A stretch of DNA of 64,000 nt from an uncultured Candidatus Rokubacteria bacterium. Its GTDB lineage: Bacteria > Methylomirabilota > Methylomirabilia > Rokubacteriales > CSP1-6. The position numbers were made by a program, and so were the translations under genes. Below are positions 59,233-64,000 of the stretch, piece by piece. Below the pieces are notes generated by a model. That model did no database searches. It was not told the DNA's origin and saw only the letters and a list, made by a program, of their open reading frames with translations. How positions within the stretch are numbered: position 1 is the first letter of the stretch; each line of letters begins with the position of its first letter. The stretch covers positions 193,376 to 257,375 of the forward strand of contig CAVYTA010000001.1 of assembly GCA_963771355.1 (NCBI GenBank). The letters are read 5' to 3'.

Positions 59233-60234
59233 ATGATCCGGCGCATCATCCTCATCCAGGGGGGCGGGGTCGGCCTCGACGAGGAAGCGGCCGCGCGCCT
59301 GGTGGTGGCCGCCGCCGGCGTGGAGGTGGAGTGGGAGGTGTTCCCGGCCGGCCTGGCCGCGATGGAGCGGGGGCTGCCGCCGCTGCCGCCGGCCATGCTG
59401 GAAGCGGTGCGCGGCGCGGGCGTCGCGCTGAAGACCAAGCTCCTCAATCCTCCCGAAGGTCAGGAGACCAACTTCAACGTGGGGCTGCGGCGGGCGCTGG
59501 GCCTCTTCGCCTCGGTGCGCCCCCTCCGGAACCTGCCCGGCATTCCCGCCCGGTTCCGCGACGTGGACATCCTGCTCGTGCGCGAGATCACCGAGGATCT
59601 CTATGCGGCGGGCGAGCACGAGATCGTGCCGGGGGTGGTCCAGAGCATCAAGGTGGTCACCGAGGCCGCCTGCCGCCGCGTCTGCGGCTTCGCCTTCGAC
59701 CTGGCCCGCGCGCGGGGCCGGCGTACCATCCACTGCGTGCACAAGGCGAACATCCTCAAGCTGGCCGACGGGCTGTTCCTCGAGTGCTTCCGCCGGATCG
59801 CGCGCGACTTCCCCACCATCCAGACGCGCGAGATGATCGTGGACAACTGCTGCATGCAGCTGGTCACCAATCCCGCGCAGTTCGACATGCTGGTGACGGG
59901 CAACCTCTACGGCGACCTTCTGAGCGACCTGGGCGCGGGCCTGGTGGGCGGGATCTCCGCCGCCGTGGGTATCAATCACGGGACCGGCGTCCGCGTCTAC
60001 GAGTCCATACACGGAGCGCCCCGCGAGGTGGTGGGCGTGGACCGGGCCAATCCGCTCCCCATCATCTTCGCCGCCGCGGCGCTGCTGGAGGATCAGGGCG
60101 AGGAAGGGGCGGCGCAGCGCATCCGCGCCGCCACCGAGCAGGTGCTGACCGAGGGGCGCGTGCGCACGCCGGACCTCGGCGGGCGGGCGGGCACGGTCGA
60201 GATGGCGGCGGCCATCGCGGCCGCGATGCGGTGA
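59233..60234 (+). CDS. Isocitrate/isopropylmalate dehydrogenase family paralog with degenerate coenzyme loop
   Basis: REITEDLY, HKANIL, IVDN and NLYGDLLSD are retained, but the N-terminal motif is IQGGGVGLD and the coenzyme loop is ESIHGAPREVVG. Confidence 0.88.
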   Translation: MIRRIILIQGGGVGLDEEAAARLVVAAAGVEVEWEVFPAGLAAMERGLPPLPPAMLEAVRGAGVALKTKLLNPPEGQETNFNVGLRRALGLFASVRPLRNLPGIPARFRDVDILLVREITEDLYAAGEHEIVPGVVQSIKVVTEAACRRVCGFAFDLARARGRRTIHCVHKANILKLADGLFLECFRRIARDFPTIQTREMIVDNCCMQLVTNPAQFDMLVTGNLYGDLLSDLGAGLVGGISAAVGINHGTGVRVYESIHGAPREVVGVDRANPLPIIFAAAALLEDQGEEGAAQRIRAATEQVLTEGRVRTPDLGGRAGTVEMAAAIAAAMR

Positions 60235-60238
60235 CGGC

Positions 60239-61105
60239 GTGAGCGAGGCGACGCCCGCGGTGGTGATCGGAGCCTTCGCCGACGCGGAGCAGGCGGTGGC
60301 GGCGCTGGGCGCCGATGCGGGCGCTCGGCGCGCCGCGGTGTTGCCGCGCGCGGCGGTGTCCGACGGCGCGCGGCTGGCGCTGCGCGACGCCGGCATCGAG
60401 TGCCTGACCACGCTCGAGGGCGGCGGCCTCGCCGAGGCGCGCGGGCTCGCCCGCGAGCTGGCCGAGGTGCAGGGCTGGCGGCTGGTGGAGGGCGGCCCGG
60501 ACGGCGCCGCCGCGGGGGCTCCCGGCGATCTGATCGGCTGGTACGAGCTGCGCATCGCGCGCGCCCTCACCACCGATCGGCCCATCACGCGGCTCCACGG
60601 CGCGCGCCAGTACATCGCCTCCTTCAACCTGCTGGGCCAGGGGCGGCTCAATCAGCGCTGCGGCGAGCTCCTCTACGAGCGGCTGATGGACGAGGGCATC
60701 GCCCCCGAGGCGGCCTTCGACACGGTGGTGTGCTCGGAGTCCAAGGCGGTGGGGATGGTGCAGGTGCTGGTGGAGTCCTTCGGCGGCGACCGCTACGTGG
60801 TGCTGCGCAAGGGCCTCAAGAACTACATGCCGCGGGCGCCGCGGGGCCCGCTGGTCGAGGAGGTCTCGAGCATCACCACCGCGGGCGCGCAGTCGCTGGT
60901 GCTCGATCCGCTGGACTGGGCGCTCATCGAGGGCCGCCGCGTGCTCCTCGTGGACGACGTGATCGCCACCGGCGGCACCGTGCGCGCCGCGCACCGGCTG
61001 CTCGAGAAAGCCGGCGCCACCGTGGCGGCCACCGCCGCCATCCTGCTCAAGGGCCCGGAGCCGCCGGTGTCACGCTTGGTGGTCCTGGCCCGCCCCCTGC
61101 TCTGA
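60239..61105 (+). CDS. Type I phosphoribosyltransferase (Apt-like) with N-terminal extension
   Basis: YIASFNLLG, ESKAV, YVVLRK, SITT..Q.LVLD, PRPP motif VLLVDDVIATGGT. Confidence 0.85.
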   Translation: MSEATPAVVIGAFADAEQAVAALGADAGARRAAVLPRAAVSDGARLALRDAGIECLTTLEGGGLAEARGLARELAEVQGWRLVEGGPDGAAAGAPGDLIGWYELRIARALTTDRPITRLHGARQYIASFNLLGQGRLNQRCGELLYERLMDEGIAPEAAFDTVVCSESKAVGMVQVLVESFGGDRYVVLRKGLKNYMPRAPRGPLVEEVSSITTAGAQSLVLDPLDWALIEGRRVLLVDDVIATGGTVRAAHRLLEKAGATVAATAAILLKGPEPPVSRLVVLARPLL

Positions 61106-61118
61106 AACGAAAGGACCC

Positions 61119-61592
61119 ATGCGCTATTTCGAGGATTTCAAGGTCGGCGAGGTGATCGAGAGCGGCACGCGCACGATCAACAAGGACGAGATCATGGCCT
61201 TCGCGCGCGAGTTCGACCCGCAGCCCTTCCACACCGACGAGGCGGCCGCGCGCGGGACCATGTACGGCGGCCTCATCGCCAGCGGCTGGCATTCGGGGTC
61301 GCTGATGATGCGCCTCTTCTACGAGTCGCTCTTCCGCGACTGCGCCTCCATGGGCTCGCCCGGCATCGACGAGCTGCGCTGGCTCAAGCCCGTCCGCCCC
61401 GGCGACACGCTGCGCCTGCGCACCACCGTGCTGGAGGTGATCGAGTCGCGGTCCAAGCCGGACCGCGGCCTGGTCCGCAACTTCTGCGAGCTGCTCAATC
61501 AGGCGGGCGAGGTGGTGATGACGCTCAAGCCGGTGAACTTCGTCGCCCGGAGGCCGGCGGGGCACGCCGGCGCGTCGGGTCAGACGCGGTAG
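61119..61592 (+). CDS. MaoC family dehydratase
   Basis: YFEDF, FAREFDPQPFHTD, GLIASGWH, LRWLKPVRPGDTL. Confidence 0.92.
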   Translation: MRYFEDFKVGEVIESGTRTINKDEIMAFAREFDPQPFHTDEAAARGTMYGGLIASGWHSGSLMMRLFYESLFRDCASMGSPGIDELRWLKPVRPGDTLRLRTTVLEVIESRSKPDRGLVRNFCELLNQAGEVVMTLKPVNFVARRPAGHAGASGQTR

Positions 61593-62356
61593 ACGTACTC
61601 CCGGCCGGGCTCCCGCTCGCAGTCGGGCGGGAAGCTGCGCCGCTTGTCGGCGTAATAGCGGACCCGGTGATCGCCGTCGGCCCGCCGGTTGTAGGTGACG
61701 TAGAGCACGCGCCGGGGCGCCGCCGTCGCGTTCGGCTCCGAGCGGTGGGGCACGTAGGAGTCGAAGAACACCGCGTCGCCCGGTCGCGTGGGGCAGGCCT
61801 CGAAGCGCATCCCCGCCATCTCCGCCTCACCCAGCGGCTTCCATTCCGCGCCCACCAGCCCGCGCCGGTGATGCCCGGCCGCCAGCTCGAGGCAGCCGTT
61901 CTCTCGCGTGGCGGCGTCGATGCTGACCAGCGCGGTGACGAAGAGCGGGGCATAGGTGGACCAGCCCGCCTGCTGATCCTGGTGCGGCTCGAAGCCCTCG
62001 CCGCCCGGCATCTTGAAGTTGATCTTGTCCTTGAAGAGGACGGCGGGGCCCTCCAGCAGCGCCGCCGCCACCGCCGCGAGCGGCCCCGTGTCGAAGGCGG
62101 CGCGGAAGCCCGCGTGGTAGGGATGGAAGTTCTCGATGCGGCTCCGCACGCGCCGGCCGGGCTCCTGCCGGTGCGCTTCCCAGTACACCATGTGCCGGCC
62201 CGGCACCTCCGGCCACGCAGTGATCTCGTCGGTCCACGCGGCGAGGCGCGCGGCCTGGGCGGGATCGAAGAGGCCGCGGAGGACCAGATAGCCGTCGCGG
62301 GCGTAGGAGGCGAGCTGCGCGGGCGTGACCGTGGAAGAGGCGACCGTCGGATCCAT
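61580..62356 (-). CDS. Phytanoyl-CoA dioxygenase family Fe(II)/2-oxoglutarate oxygenase
   Basis: YARDGYLVL, FKDKINFKMPGG, HQD, ENGCL, GDAVFF..YVPHRS..N...RR. Confidence 0.9.
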   Translation of the reverse strand: MDPTVASSTVTPAQLASYARDGYLVLRGLFDPAQAARLAAWTDEITAWPEVPGRHMVYWEAHRQEPGRRVRSRIENFHPYHAGFRAAFDTGPLAAVAAALLEGPAVLFKDKINFKMPGGEGFEPHQDQQAGWSTYAPLFVTALVSIDAATRENGCLELAAGHHRRGLVGAEWKPLGEAEMAGMRFEACPTRPGDAVFFDSYVPHRSEPNATAAPRRVLYVTYNRRADGDHRVRYYADKRRSFPPDCEREPGREYVYRV

Positions 62357-62669
62357 GCGGCTCAGTATACGTGAGGCCCCGCGGCTCACACCTTTTCGAC
62401 GCGTACCTCGATCTTCGGCCGGGCGGCGAGACGCGCCGCGTACCACGCGCCGATGAGGCCGCCGCCCAGCGCGAAGAGCGTCTCCGTGCCGAGCTGCCAG
62501 AGAATATTGGGAGCGTCGCCGGCGAAGGCGACCCAGTCTACCTGCTGGCCGCCGCGCCGCGCTCGCTGCTGCACGTGATATGCCACGACGCCACGCTGTG
62601 GAGCATGGGCGCGGCGGCGCGGAAGATGAGGCGCTCCAGCTGGGCCGCGTCCACGCGTTGGGATTCAAA

Positions 62670-64000
62670 TCACTGCGCTGGCACCCGCCAGAAAGGCCCT
62701 GCGATGTGTTCGAGGGGCCGGCCGGGCTCGTTGGGCCGTAGGCCGTACCGCAACAGCGCGATGATGTCGGCGCTCGCGTGCGGATTCGACGTGAAGTAGC
62801 TGTGGCCGAAAAAGTCGCTCGTCCCGCTCACCTGGATGATGTCGACCGCCTGCAACAAGGCGATTGCTTCGATTTGCTCAGCGCTGAAGATGATGGCGTC
62901 GATCCGCCCGAGCCGGACGATGCTGCCGAACAGCCAGCTCGCCGCCGCGAGCGCCTTGTCGTCGGGCGACACGTAGAGTGTGACCCTGAGGCCGGGTGAA
63001 GGGGGCATGATGGCGCCCGGGTCCGGTTTCCCGCCGAACGGCAAGTCAGGATCGGAGAAGACTTTGAAGATCTTGGTCAGCGCGACGTCGCCATCAATGT
63101 CGGGAGCGACGAGGACGACATTGCCGATGTGGAACTCGCGACCCGGCGAGCTCTGCAGTGCGTAGGCTTCGGCGCTGAGCGCGGCCAGCGCCGATGTGAG
63201 AGTGTCCGTGCCGCGGCTATGCGCGATGAGGTGGAGACGCTCCACGCCCGGCGTCCGGGCGACGATCCGGATCGCCTTCAACAGGTCCTCGATCGCATAT
63301 TCGCTTGACTCGCGGTCTATGTCGTAGCCGAACAGAATGCCGCGCCGTCCGCCCGCGGGCCAGGTGAAGATGCCGCACACGAACTCCCGACCAAGGAAAT
63401 GGCACAGCTCGCCCATCGTCAGGGCTGCACTCGCGAAGCTGCTGCGGTACCCGTGCACGAACAGCACGATTTCCTTGCGGCGAGCGATAGCGAGCCGCTT
63501 CGCAATCTCGGCTTGCAGCTGCTGCTTCGCCTTTTCGTGTGCCTCGACGACCGCGGGCGCACGTCTTATGCCATCCGGAGCGACCGTGACTTCATACGGC
63601 ATGGCCGGAAAGCGACCGAGCTCCGTGGTCGCCCCGAGCTTGAGCCGCAGTGGATTAACGCGTTGCGTCGCGGTGCTTTCCTTAACCAGTACGTCCCAGG
63701 AGACGTCTTCGCCGAACTCGATGATCGCCGATCCGAACGCCATCGAACGCGATCGGCCCGCGGTATAGGGCAAGTCACCGGCTTGGTCTGCCGGTGCGCG
63801 ATCGGTGATGAACAGCAGATCGAGAGACGGCCGGCGACCGTCGCTCGACAACTGAGTGAAAAGCGGCCTCGCATTCGCCCCTGTGTAGAGCACCGGGGTC
63901 GGCATCATCAGGTGGTTCGTCGCACAGCCCGTCAGGACGAATGCGATGGCGGCGATGACAATGGCTGATCGCGCTCGGGGCGAGAACGTCCTTGCGATGC
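62670..64000 (-). CDS. DUF900-like alpha/beta hydrolase lipoprotein; 5' end runs off the window
   Basis: The frame is open to the window edge with AIVIAAIAFVLTGC (lipobox); FITDR, LFVHGY, FTWP, IAHSRG, LVAPDID, GHSYF. Confidence 0.85.
   Translation of the reverse strand, partial: IARTFSPRARSAIVIAAIAFVLTGCATNHLMMPTPVLYTGANARPLFTQLSSDGRRPSLDLLFITDRAPADQAGDLPYTAGRSRSMAFGSAIIEFGEDVSWDVLVKESTATQRVNPLRLKLGATTELGRFPAMPYEVTVAPDGIRRAPAVVEAHEKAKQQLQAEIAKRLAIARRKEIVLFVHGYRSSFASAALTMGELCHFLGREFVCGIFTWPAGGRRGILFGYDIDRESSEYAIEDLLKAIRIVARTPGVERLHLIAHSRGTDTLTSALAALSAEAYALQSSPGREFHIGNVVLVAPDIDGDVALTKIFKVFSDPDLPFGGKPDPGAIMPPSPGLRVTLYVSPDDKALAAASWLFGSIVRLGRIDAIIFSAEQIEAIALLQAVDIIQVSGTSDFFGHSYFTSNPHASADIIALLRYGLRPNEPGRPLEHIAGPFWRVPAQ

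Overview
GC-rich bacterial DNA, probably from a long-read metagenome assembly. The gene content and style suggest Candidatus Rokubacteria/Methylomirabilota (inference only). Positions 1-21.4 kb hold a Tad/Flp pilus locus: a divergent PAS-containing sigma54 activator, a -24/-12 promoter, two flp pilins, tadE, cpaB, a secretin N-domain protein, rcpA/cpaC, cpaE, tadA, tadB, tadC and tadG. The locus continues, mostly through overlapping start/stop codons, into an unusual accessory tail: a TonB-like Pro-rich protein, a prenyltransferase-repeat protein, a Tat-exported DUF362 protein, a TPR-aspartyl protease and a GT87-like glycosyltransferase. A second GT-C-like membrane protein lies just beyond. 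The rest of the window is mostly metabolic and housekeeping: a VWA/AAA pair, ispG, a patatin-like membrane protein, msrB, a protoglobin, an amidase operon, a CoA-transferase, oligopeptidase B, HtrA, hydantoinase A/B, a FitAB/VapBC toxin-antitoxin pair, ABC binding proteins and a tandem IDH pair. The standout is 37492-39147(-), an ECF sigma factor fused to a catalytically dead, internally deleted F1-ATP-synthase beta-subunit homolog. Other notable signals are a complementary catalytic/regulatory IDH3-like pair, an unannotated 59-aa GatC/AtzG-like ORF, an internally deleted sigma54 activator-cyclase gene and widespread leaderless promoter architecture. Many genes carry +1 single-base frameshifts that look like sequencing errors. 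No rRNA, tRNA, CRISPR array or transposase was seen.
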